A DNA stretch of 54,491 nucleotides, filler included, from Jimgerdemannia flammicorona (taxonomy: Eukaryota): NCBI GenBank assembly GCA_003990765.1. It is 2 parts of 2 records of this genome, joined end to end, with 100 filler letters (N's around TTAATTAATTAA, not from the genome) between each part and the next. Parts side by side here need not be neighbours in the genome. Positions count along the whole stretch, not along the records: positions 1 to 27,202 come from RBNJ01000652.1; 1 more part is not named here. One strand, 5' to 3'. Position 1 is the first letter of the stretch, and every line of letters begins with the position of its first letter. Below, one piece after another: positions 12,470-23,269 of this stretch. Made by a program: the position numbers and the translations under genes. The notes under the pieces were generated by a model. It did not search any database. It saw only the letters and a program-made list of their open reading frames with translations, and was not told where the DNA came from.

Positions 12470-15324
12470 CTTAAGAACCAATATCCTTGTTGAGTTCTTA
12501 GATAACACAAGATTAGATATACTTAATCAAAATTTCTCAAACTTAAATTAGTACATTGGCAGAGATTGTTCATCCTTATATAGGGTAGAGGGTCTATTAC
12601 TAGACTAATCAACTAGAAGGGGTTTGAACCCAGCTAGTAGCCTCATTTTGGTGGACTTCTTGTTTATTATATTCTGCTGATTCTGGGGTCTCAAAGTAAA
12701 CTTCTGATGCATAAGATACTGGTCATTACTATAGATCATCAATAATCCAAGAAAGTCATTATAGGGATTAAGCAATGTGTTTTATCTCAAAGTCTTGAAC
12801 TAGATCTTGAGAGTTCTTGAGGTTGACCAGTAGTTCTCAGATAGTATCATATTCAGAATAACCCATCCACTTAACTAGGTATTCAGAATAGTGGTAGCAA
12901 ATTTATTTATTAAGAATTTTCTCAGCTTCATACTTGATATGATCTTCAATAATCACAGGGATAAAAGGCTTAGGAATTCGACCAGGGTAGGGTGGTAACT
13001 GATTCCAGGTCTTGAGATATGATATATAAAAGACTGGGTGTACTCTCATGGTTTCAGGTAGCTTGAGGTGGTAGGAGGATGCAGAGATCTGTTCAGTGAT
13101 CTCAAAAGGTCCAATATACTTGGGTTGGAACTTATTCAAAGGGCAGTTGACTTGAGATTGTATATTGAGGTTCTCAGTGGACAGTAGGACTTGATCTCTA
13201 ACAGTATAAGTGACATCACAGCATTTCTTATCAGTATACTTAACTTGATGCTATTGAGCCTTCTGAAGATTTAAAGTAGCAATCTTGAGTAGTTTGTCCA
13301 TTTTGTCTAGGTTCTTGAAAGTTGGGACTTATATTTGACTGGTTTTCTTGAAAGGGAATAGACTTGCAGAAGTCTCAGGATCTTGACTATGAAGTAGCCA
13401 GAAAGGGAAAAGACCAGTAGATGATAGGATGGCATTGTTATATACAAACTCCACATAAGTTAGATAGATGTTTCAATTATCTTGCTTATAAGAAATATAG
13501 TTTCTAAGCATTTGTTCTAGAGTTCTGTTCATGTGCTCTGTTTGTCCATTAGTTTGTGGGTAAAAGGCAGTAGATATAGCCAATTGGGTTCCCAGAGTCT
13601 TGAAGAGAGTTTGCCAGAAGTGACTGGTGAACTTGGGGTCATGATTACTAACAATTACTCATAGTAGGTCATAGTGACAGAAGATGGACTTGAAGAAGAT
13701 TCTTGCAATCTCAGATATAGTAGCATTGATAGTAGTTGGTTCAGCAACCATAGTCTTGATCAGGTGGTCAATAAATATAATAATAGCATCAGCACCAGCT
13801 TGAGTTTGTAGTAGTTAAGTTATAAGTCTATAGTGACTTACTCAAACTTCTTGGTAGGAATTGGTAGTAGTTGTAGCAAACCGGCAGATACTTGGTTGGT
13901 AGACTTGTTGTGCTGATATAGATCACAGCTGGTAACATAGTTCTTGATTTCCTTAACTATATTTAGCCAATAGTAATGGCATTGAATATTCTTAACAGTC
14001 TTCTCAATTTCCAGGTGACTGGCAAGAGGGGAGTCATGGTGTTCTTGCAAAACCTTGTAGCATAAGTTTATGTTTTCAGGTAGGTAGACTTGATCTTGAT
14101 GATAGATCAGATTGTTCTCAACAGTATATGTATCCTTGAGTTCATTCAAGAAAACTCTAGTGGTAACTATATCTTCTTTATAAGCTTGCCTGATTTGGTC
14201 TAGAAATTCTGATGCCAAGGTGACTTACATGATTGTGGCAAGGTCTGGGTATCTTGATAAGGTATCTGGTACTACAAGTATCTTGCCAGGCTTGTAGATA
14301 ATCATCAGGTTGAAGGTTTGAAGCTTGAGGCTCCACTTGGCTTATAGACAGATAGAGTAGGTTGAGTGTTAATGTACTTGAGGGATTGATGATCAGTAAT
14401 GACATCAAACTCAATACCTTCTAGATTGCATCACCAGTGGTCTAGTGTATATATTATTACTAGTAGTTCCTTCTTGTGCATAGCTAGCTTTTGTTTAGCT
14501 AGGGCCAGCTTGCGGGACTCAAAAGTAATAGAACAATGTCCTTTGCCATCATCTTATGACAGGACTGCTCTAATGGCAAAATTTGATGTATCAGTAGTAA
14601 TTGTGAATTTTAGGCCTTGATCTGCATTATGCAGGACTGGAGTATGGGTTAGGCAGTTTTTGAGTTCTTGAAAGGCTTGTTGACAGAAGAGGTCCCAGAT
14701 GTAGGATATATAGTGATCTGAGTGTGGGGCCTTCCTTATGAGATTAGTCAGTGGCTCAGTAATGCCAGAGAAGTTTCTGACAAAGTGGTGGAAATAGTCA
14801 GCTAGACCAAGGAAAGATCAGAGTTCTGTAAGGTTTGACAGAATGGGCCATTCTTCAATTGCTTCCATCTTGTATGGGTCTACTTGAATTTCTTATGCAG
14901 AGACAATGTGGCTAAGGTATCCAACTTGTTTCTTAAAGAATTCACACTTCTTGAGCTTAGTATAAAGCTTGTATTTTCACAGGATCACCAGAACTATTCA
15001 AATATGTTTGAGGTGTTCTTCTTTAGTTGCACTAAAGATCAGGATGTCATCAAGATATACCAACAGAAAAATAAATAGTTGATCCTTGAATATCTTATTC
15101 ATCAGAGTCTGAAATATGGTAGGTATATTGGTGAGACCAAATGCTAAGACCAGGAATTCATAGAGTCCAAAGGGGGTCATAAATGCAGTCTTGGGAATGT
15201 CTTCTGGCTTGATTCAGATCTGGTGGTATCCTGACATGAGGTCTAGCTTAGTGAAGTACTTGGCATTCTTGAGAGTATCAAAGATTTGATCAATCAAGGG
15301 TAACAGATAGCAATTCTTGACAGT
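12470..15324 (-). pseudogene. pol: pol remnant of copy B (RT, RNase H, integrase, chromodomain)
   Basis: KLDLMSGYHQI, KTAFMTPFGLYEFLVLAFGLTN, YLDD, TDTSNFAIRAVL, integrase HHCC and DDE remnants, GPF motif, chromodomain. Many C>T-type stops. Confidence 0.9.
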
Positions 15325-15340
15325 GGATCATTATAATAAA

Positions 15341-15725
15341 GGGTTTCAGGGAGTTCTTGGACTTCTGTAATCTTGAGTTAACTGGTTTTTTTCAGGATTA
15401 TTTGCATGACTTAATCTCCTTCTTTAACTGTGTAGTCTTGATCCTTCTGATTGACAAGTAAGACTTGAACCTGTCCTCGAAAGTCTGAATCAATGACACC
15501 AGTACCTATATCTAAATGATGTTTGACACTGAGTTTTGATTGCAGTACAATTCTAGCATAATGTCCTTCAGGGTATTGGACTGCAATTCCAGTAGGCACC
15601 AGAGTATGGTTCTTGGCTAGAATAGTGACTTGTTTGACTGAGTGTAGGTCAAGACCAATGGCTCTTTCTGTTTGATATTGAGGGACCTGGGCCTTCAGAT
15701 GAAGCTTATTAACCTTGAGCTCAAG
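15341..15725 (-). pseudogene. dut: dUTPase domain of copy B, in frame with gag
   Basis: AIGLDL (motif 1), VPTGIAVQYPEGHYARIVLQSKLS (motif 2), GVIDSDFRGQVQV (motif 3), GD*VMQ (motif 4). Motif 5 is lost by deletion here but present in copy A. Confidence 0.9.
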
Positions 15726-16696
15726 TTAACTGGTGGTGGGATTGACAGGTGTGTCTTTGGACAACATGGTGACTGGTCTTGAGAGTTTGCTAGTCTTCCT
15801 AGAACATTTGGTTGCAATGTATCTTGTTTGATAACAGAAGAAACAAGCTCTGGATTTCTTCAGGTGGTCCTTTTCTTTAGGGGTGAGCTTGGTGCTCTTT
15901 TTGTTCATGGTGTCTAAGTCCATTGGTGCTGGGCCAACTGTCCTTGGTTAGTTTCTGTGGTGGTTCTTGAAGTGGTTCTTCTTGTGGTATTCTGGTTCAA
16001 AGCAGTTGCCAAAGATGATGATATCAAATTTATCAATAATTCTCATAGCTTCATCAAGAGTTTTGGGCTCTTCTAGCTCAACCTTGACTCATGTATTTCC
16101 CTTCAGACCTCAGACATAGCAGTCTATCTTTTCATCCTCAGATACTGCTAGTAGCTCAAGTAGGATTGATAAGAATTGTACATTATAGTTTTGTATAGAC
16201 TTGAGTTGCTTAATGTTTACTAACTTGTCTCTGGCTAGCTTGGTGGTATTAGCAGGCTTGAACTGCTTGTGAAGGACTCTCTTGAAAGCTTTCCAATCTC
16301 TGATTCATACATATGAGTGTACAGATATAACCATGATATGATTGCACTACCAGATAGCTGTATTTTCTTGGAGGAGTATGGCAGTAAATTAGACTTACAT
16401 ATCATCTTCCATTCTTATGAGCTTGAAGTATTAATCCAACTGGAAGGTCTATACATCTGTAGATAGTTCTCCTCAATGGCTGTTAAAGGTATCTAGCTTA
16501 AGTAGCTTAAAACTAACTGGTACTATAGTAGGATGTAATATATCCATAGCTTGTGTTTTCTGCTGTTCAGTTGTACTTGAAGTTCTTGAATTTGGTGGGC
16601 TATAGCATTGATCATATCTTCTATGTTGAGTTGTGATCCTCCTGCTTTTTCTGTAGCAGAGGGATCTGGCTGGTAGACTGACTCTTCATGGCTCAT
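15726..16696 (-). pseudogene. gag: gag of copy B with PMDLD motif and zinc knuckle
   Basis: Starts MSHEES at 16696. Retrotransposon capsid-like middle region, GPAPMDLD, and CFFCYQTRYIATKC (eroded CCHC). Confidence 0.85.
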
Positions 16697-16772
16697 TTTA
16701 GATTCATGTGACTAGTTGTGATTGGTTTCCAAATTTATGTGAGGTTTCTTAATAAGGCAAGGTATAATAACA

Positions 16773-16784
16773 CTGCTGCTACCA
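16773..16784 (-). other. Primer-binding site complementary to the 3' end of initiator tRNA-Met
   Basis: Minus strand reads TGGTAGCAGCAG 2 nt after the 5' LTR. TGGTAGC pairs with the GCUACCA end of eukaryotic tRNAi-Met. Confidence 0.85.
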
Positions 16785-16786
16785 AG

Positions 16787-17220
16787 TGTAATAATTCTAG
16801 TTTCTTTAAGAGGAAGCAGCTAAGTCTGGAAATTCTAGTTGGTCTAAAGTAGCTTGAAGGATTTCTGAGAGAAAATATTCTGAGCTTTATTCAGGCAGAG
16901 AACAAGGATATTTATACATGATCTGAAAGAAAGATCCAGAAGGATCTTGGAAAGAAAGAGAAATGTCAAGAAATAGATTCTTGATAAAGCTGACTAATAC
17001 TATTCTACAATATTCTAAAAGATTCCATGACTAGCTAAGACAAGATACTTAGTACTAAGGAAAGACAAGAATGTTCTAGTGGTGTCTAGGTGCTAAGAGA
17101 AGGTTTCTAAACAAGTAGAAAGTGGTGGGACATAGTAGAATATTCAAGAAATAATAAGAAAACACTAACTAAAAGATACGAAAATGTACTAAGACTAAAT
17201 ATGACTGTGAAATTATTATA
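16787..17220 (-). repeat. 5' LTR of Gypsy copy B
   Basis: Direct repeat of 11996-12459, flanked by the PBS inside and the GATAT TSD outside. Confidence 0.92.
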
Positions 17221-17769
17221 GATATAGATACTATTATAGAAAATACAGTTCTAATTGTTAGCATAAATACTACTAAGAGATCTATTCTAATCTTCAAATA
17301 ATAAAGATTATACCATTTGGGTCTTCTCTATAATAAATTTTTTTAATAAATATAGCCTTTCAAAGTATACAAAACCATAAGCACAAATTTAAAATTATAA
17401 TACTATAAATAATACTGAGCATTATAAGAAATCATATTCATATTATTAAATTTTCAAACAAAGCTCATAATATATACTATAACAGTCTATGAGATATATG
17501 AGACTTTATACAACTATTATATATAAGCATCTGTATCAAATTGATTTTACTTGAAATCTCAGCTATTTAATTTATAAATAAAGTCCAAGAAGAATATCTA
17601 TAAATATATCAGTTATATTGATAATTTAGTAAATTAAGTAAATTCTCTTAGTATCTTTGTAAATTGTATTAGCAATAAAGATAAAGTTCTAATACTTATA
17701 AAAGATCTTTCAGTAATATATAATATAGTAGTTACAGCTCTACATAAGAGCAAAAGTATAATGAATCAT

Positions 17770-18949
17770 TACAAGCCTGTGGAATTTCCAATGGAAATTT
17801 CTATGAAAATTCTTATATAAATTCCTATAAAATTTCTGACTAGTAGTCATAGTTACCCAAAGTAGTATAATTATATATAGATATACCCAGTGTATCATAT
17901 TTAGTCATAGCCTCTAAATATATATAAATATCTTCTATACTGAGTAAATTACAACCTTAGCTCTACTTTCTACAATATAAGAATAAAGCAGTATTCTTAT
18001 CATAAAAACCTCAGATCTGATATATTAATGATTCTGAGTCTGATCAACTTAGGATATAAGCATGGCCTCTTCTAAAGTAAGAATCTGAAAGCAATACTTA
18101 AACTCTATCATTTTAGATAATTCAGAACTCTATGCTTTCTTAAGAACTTAGAACTCAAGGCCAATAGTCACTATTGATTATCCATAATATAGTAATTCTA
18201 TCAGTATATAGTTTTATTATAATTTGATAGCAGCAGATAGTTACATACTACTTATAAACAACTCTTCTTCAAGAATACTACAAAACAATCAGACAGATCA
18301 ATACTACCAATATTGATAGTAATAGCTAAGAAATATCTTCACTCTAGATACCCCCTAGACTCAAGCTGAAGAAGCCTATAGAATTATCACTAAGTAGACT
18401 GAACCCCATATCAGCTAAGAGGAGTTTGATAAACTCAATAATGAAACTATCCAAGAAGTATTTAATATCTTCCTCATACTTAATAAAGAAGTTCTCTATA
18501 CTCTAGAACTTAAGAAAAGATTCAACAATCTAGTTGATAGCTACTTTTATAAAAAGCATACTTGAGAATCCATTGAAGCTATAACCAAATACTTCCTGAA
18601 CTACCTCCCAAATGATTGTTACTATAAAGCCAAGACCTTTCTAAACTATAAGGAATATTATGCTTATCAAAAGAAATTCCACTTCTACTACTAAATTCTC
18701 TGTATACAAGTAAGAATAATCTAGTAACAAGAGCCACAAGCTGCCAGACTCAGTAGAATCCTTGCTACATCATCTAGACCTAGAAGAATAATTGAAGAAA
18801 CTCCCAAACCTGATCTTGGCAGCCTCAGTACTATTATAGAACCACCACCAAGGATATCAAGCCTACTTAAGATCACAGCAGACCCAACAATCACTCTATT
18901 AAAACCACTAGTCTACAGACTTACCCATCTTAGTGATATTATAGAAGAA
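17770..18949 (+). mobile_element. Decayed LTR-retrotransposon 5' part (LTR ~17770-18222, PBS ~18225-18236, gag start), probably related to the C/D family
   Basis: LTR shares blocks with 29539-29997 (cccaaagtagtata; aaacctcagatc). ttataa-tt-TGATAGCAGCAG PBS. gag-like region paralogous to 11255-11705. Cut by LINE copy 2. Confidence 0.65.
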
Positions 18950-19010
18950 TCATCTCTCTCCACTACAATTCACATTACACACACTTTTCAACACACTTTC
19001 AAATCGTTTA

Positions 19011-21065
19011 TTGGAGAAAGATATTAAGGAGATATCAACCAGCAAGCGAGCCAATGCATGTCCTAGGTCAGATGGACCTGGGGCCTTCGACTGGCAGCAT
19101 GTCGGGAGAGGGTATGGACTGGGGATGGGGTCTTTCAGTGGATTGAGTGGACTGGGCAGCTCGGGGGGTGGAGGAGGCACTGGTGGGGGGGCTGGAGGGC
19201 AGCAGGGAGGGAGCTTTGCGGATGCACTTAAGGCTGGGGGCTGGCCAAGGGGTGCTCGCAGTGGACAGGTAGGAGGAAAGGGGAAGCAGAAGGTTGGTGA
19301 TGCTGGGGGAGCTGGGCCTTCGCTGGTGGGAGGTGGAGAGAGTGGAGTAGTGGCTGGGGGTAGTGGCAGGACTGCTGATGGTAGTGTGATGGTGAATCAG
19401 GAGAAAAAAAGAGATGTGATGGCTGATGGCCAGGGGGGGCAGGGGCTCCTGATGTGGAAGGGGGACCTGGCTGATAGTGTAATGGGACTGGTGGTGGCCC
19501 CATTGCTCAAGAAGTCAATCTCGGAGTTTGCGGCTATCTTGTGCTTCCCGGGCTTGGTGGTGACAGCAAGGATGGTCCTGGGGCTTATCTCGAGGCAGGT
19601 GGCTGGTGTGGCCTCAGTAAAGTTCTTGAAGGGCATGGAGGGGGTTGAGGTGGGCTTTGAGGAGGCAGGCCTACTGGATGAGGCCATGAAGACAGGAGTG
19701 GTGGTTGGGGAGGTGGTGGTCCCCATGGTAAGGTGCTTGAGGTGGGACCCCAGGGTGGTGCAGCTTCTGGTGAGAGGGGTGCCCATGGTGATTAAGGAGG
19801 AGACTAGGAGGAGGGTGGAGGAGGTGATGATAGAATATGGAGATGTGGTGGACATTGGATTTTAGTTGTGGGAGGGGACAACTATCTGGATGGGCAACGT
19901 TGATGTCAGGATTCAGTTGGCAGAGAAGGAGGCCACAGGGAAGACAAGTGACTGGCCCTCAGTGCTGATGTGGGGGGCCGTCGTCTGCAAGGTATCGAGG
20001 GTAAAGGGGAGCGAAGAGGAGGAAGAGAACTTGTTGGAGGTGCTGGAGGAGTTGGGTGGTGCTGTGGAGAGGAGGGAGAAGGCCTGGAAACTGTATGAGG
20101 AATCGACACATCTGGAGATTGTGGGTGGGAGGCATATCTGTATGGATAAGAAGTAGTGGGAGTGGATCCAGGGACACAAGAGGCAGAAGGAGCTGTTGGT
20201 GAGTATGACAGGTGGGGGGAAGATGAAGTCGGGTGAAGCTGAGGAGTCTGGAGGCACTGAGGCCAGTGTCTGGGCTGGTAAAGGAGGAGAGGAGGTAGAA
20301 GCGAAGGAGGCAGGGGCTGGGAAGGGGCTGGACAAGGACCCATTTGCTGATGGTACCTTTGAAGTGTGGGAGCCAGAGTTGGATACCACTCCCCCCCCAC
20401 TTATCAGGAGGGGCCTAGTGGGGAAGAGAGGGAGGATGGAGGATACACAGATGCAGGGGGCCCAGCAGGTGTGCTTTGGGGTCCCTGATGTGGCTCAAGG
20501 GGGTCAGGTGGTGGCAGTCAGTGAGGATGAGCTGGTGGATGTCCCTGAGGAGGAGTGGGATGAGGCTGCTAGTATAGGAGCTGACACCACAATGTTGGAT
20601 GCAGAGTGACCAGGGACTCCGGGAGAGAAGGAGGTGAGGAACTTGTTGTGGGTACACAAGGTAATAGATAACCTTGCAGCAGAAGCATTGGGGGAGGTAG
20701 ATCTGAGGGCGATGCCTGAGGAGCATTGGGTAAGGATCCTGTATGGGGATGGAATGGTGAAGGCACTGAAGGTGGAGATTCTGGCGATTTTGCTAGAGGA
20801 GGAGGGATATGAGGTTGACGAGGTGAGGAAGGCAGAGCTGGGGGTGGTCGCCGCTGAACGGGCAGACTACTATTGGGCGGAGCATTGGGGTCTGCAGCTC
20901 TGGCAGGAGGCCTGTCTGGAGTATTGCGAGGATTTTGAGGAGTGGGAGGATGGGGCAATGGTAGAACTTCTGGGGGAGTTGGAGGTACAGGAAGCTGGAG
21001 AGAGGGAACTGGCTGCTGAACTTAACTTAGACTTGGTGCAGGAGAGGCAGGATGCTGACTTTTAG
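19011..21065 (+). pseudogene. LINE copy 2 ORF1, with in-frame stops
   Basis: ORFs 19011-19865, 19866-20156, 20196-20609 and 20634-21065 share one frame and align to copy 1 ORF1 (VASVKFLKGMEGVEVGFEE, RWDPRVVQL, EYGDVVDIGF). Confidence 0.85.
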
Positions 21066-21097
21066 AGGATGGGCTCTGATATATATCATTATTCTTT

Positions 21098-22790
21098 ATG
21101 AATAGTACAACCAACATTTTTTCCTTGAATGTGAATGGGCTAAGGGGATCTGGGTGGTATAGGAACATTTTTACTTGGCTCAAGGGATTGGAGGCTGATC
21201 TCTTTTTATTGTAGGATGTTTGATGTGAGGATGAGGATGATTGGGCAGAGTGGACTAGGGAGTGGGGGGGGGCTGTTGCCTGGTTTGGAAAGGTAGCAAT
21301 TCTGGTGAGAAAGGGCAGAGGAGACTTGGGGGAAATCAGGAGCTGGGACAATCACTTGGTCTGGGGAGATTGGCATCGGCCAGGGTAGGAATCGGTGAAG
21401 GTGGGCTCTTGCTACTGCCCTGCGGCTAGGGGTGAGAGGATTGCATAGATTAGGAGATTGCTGGAGGAGGGTATTCTTTTGGAGGAAGGGGTCAATGTTC
21501 TTGGTGGGGACTTTAATATGGTTCGGGATCAGCATCTGGACAGAACTGATGGAGGGAGGAGTGCCGGGGGTAGAAGTGGAGGTCTGGATGCATGGGAGGA
21601 GGTGGAGATGTTGAGCTCCTTGGGGGATATAGGCAGAATGAGGTGGGGTGGTACCAGGGTTTACACGTATTGGGTGAATGGCCTGGGTATGAGGATTGAC
21701 TGGATTCTGACAGCAGAGTGCTGGGGTTCAGATATTTGGAAAACATTGGAAGTAGAGTGGTGCCCATGGTCTGATCACTGGAGACTGTTGGGGCAGGGGC
21801 AGTTTGGGGGAAGTGGAGATGGACCCGGACATTGGCACCTTAACTCCTCCCTACTGGCTGAGAAGGGGCTGTGGGAACTGTGGGTAGAGGACATTCAGCC
21901 AAAAGTTTTTATTTGGAAACATGAGGGTTTGCCTGTAGCTGTCTGCTAGATGAGGTTGAAAGAGGCTGTAAGAGCTTATTGGAGAGAGGCTGGTAGAGAG
22001 GCTGGGAGGCAGAGAAGGAGGCACATGAGGTGTGCTTCCAGCAGGCTGAGGAGACTACAAATAGATTGGGCAGATCTGCTCACTGTTGTAGGGGTGGAGG
22101 ATTGGAGGATAGAGAGGGTGAAATTGGAGATAGTGGAACTATAACAGGTGCTGAGAGAAGAGGAGGAGACCCATATGCGGGGCATGGCTGCTAGACTGTG
22201 GTGGCAGGGGCTTGAGGAGAGTGAGCAGCCTACTAGGTACTTATCGAGACTTCTCAAAGCTAGGAGAGTGCATCATTGGTGGGATGGAGTCTTGGATGCT
22301 GATGGGGACATGGTTCATAGCATGCAATAAATCCTGGGGGTCTTGAAGGAGAGATGGCAGAGTTTGTGGAGTGAGGGAGAAGGGGGTGCAGATGAGGCAG
22401 AAATTGTGAATACACTAGATGAGTGGGGGCCTCCACAGGTTGCTGGACTGAGGGACTTAATCATACTGGTGCAAGGGGAGGAGATCCAGAGTGTCCTGGC
22501 AGCAACTAAGCTTGGGACAACACCAGGGGAGGATGGATTGCCTTGGGACTTCTGGAAGAAGATGATAAATGTCCCCAGAGTATTGGGCGAGATGGCTGAC
22601 CTTTGTGACCATGTCCTTCAGAGTGGTGAGTGGGTTGGAGAGCAGGATCTGGGGCTGGTGGCCCTATTGTACAAAGACAAGAAGAGGAGGGAAGACTGGA
22701 AGAACTGGAGGCCAATCATGCTTCTAGATATAGACAGGAAGATAGTGACTAAAGTGATTGTCACAAGGCTGTAGAAGGTTGCCCAACAGG
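21098..22790 (+). pseudogene. LINE copy 2 ORF2 (APE and start of RT), disrupted and truncated
   Basis: MNSTTNIFSLNVNGL, GGDFN, MRIDW, WSDH, TPGEDG, WRPIMLL. Confidence 0.9.
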
Positions 22791-22842
22791 TAGTGCTCCA
22801 CAAACCTGACCTGATTAACCCAAAACCCAACCCGTAAAACAG

Positions 22843-23130
22843 CCAACCCAGAATTAGACATCACCCATCTTTAACCCAACCTGGAATTATACATTACCTG
22901 TCTTTAACCCAACCCGGAATTATACGTCACCCATCTTTAACCCAACCCAGAATTGTATGTCACCCGTCTTTAACCCGACCCGGAAAGATACATTACTCAT
23001 CTTTAACCTGACCTGGAAATATATGTCACCCGACCTGTTATTTACCCTTAACTCAAACCTGAACTCGACCCCTGAACCCGACCCTGAACCTGACCCCTGA
23101 ACCCGACCCTGAACCTGACCCTCTGAACTC
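22843..23130 (+). repeat. hAT subterminal repeat arrays (about five ~40-bp units, then ~12-bp CCTGAACCCGAC-type units)
   Basis: aacccaacccggaattatacgtcacccatcttt repeats through ~23030; cctgaacc(c/t)gac repeats at 23058-23128. Confidence 0.9.
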
Positions 23131-23269
23131 TGCTCTGAAAAAATGATTCAGAAAATATTTGGATAATATTCAGAGTAATTGAAAGTGAAAAATATCTGAA
23201 GACCACTAAGAATCCAAACACATGCATGCACAAATTGTATTTACACACAAGCTGTTTCAACGTTCAGTC

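Larger units (their letters stand above)
11996..17220 (-). mobile_element. Ty3/Gypsy chromovirus-like LTR retrotransposon, copy B: two LTRs, gag-dUTPase-(deleted protease)-RT-RNaseH-integrase-chromodomain
   Basis: LTRs at 11996-12459 and 16787-17220. 5-bp TSD GATAT (11991-11995 / 17221-17225). PBS TGGTAGCAGCAG next to the 5' LTR; PPT at 12461-12472. Motifs VYLDDILIFS, HHDSPLASH..SCDLYQ, KYIGPF, YEAEKIL. Confidence 0.95.
11706..17765 (+). mobile_element. gag: Ty1/Copia remnant (short 5' LTR 11706-11832, PBS 11835-11846, gag), interrupted by Gypsy copy B
   Basis: tattg...taata-aa-AGTTATAAGCCC is an eroded TGTTG...CAACA plus GGTTATGAGCCC Copia-type PBS. gag resumes after B (LVN*VN...CISNKDKVLILIKDLSVIYNIVVTAL, ~17625-17745). 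Homologous to 47030-47805 and 52575-53700. Confidence 0.7.
18950..22790 (+). mobile_element. LINE (L1/Tx1-like) copy 2, 3' part cut off by a hAT insertion
   Basis: ORF1 and ORF2 are clearly homologous to copy 1. RT stops after WRPIMLLDIDRKIVTKVIVTRL, exactly where TAGTGCTCCACAA begins. Confidence 0.92.

Noticed and set aside
12617..12636. tRNA B-box-like GGTTCAAACCC on the minus strand
   Set aside because: No cloverleaf or A-box. It lies within the retrotransposon's post-chromodomain region.
22815..23130. Telomere-like TAACCC motifs
   Set aside because: Single motifs inside 40-bp hAT subterminal units, not a tandem telomeric array.
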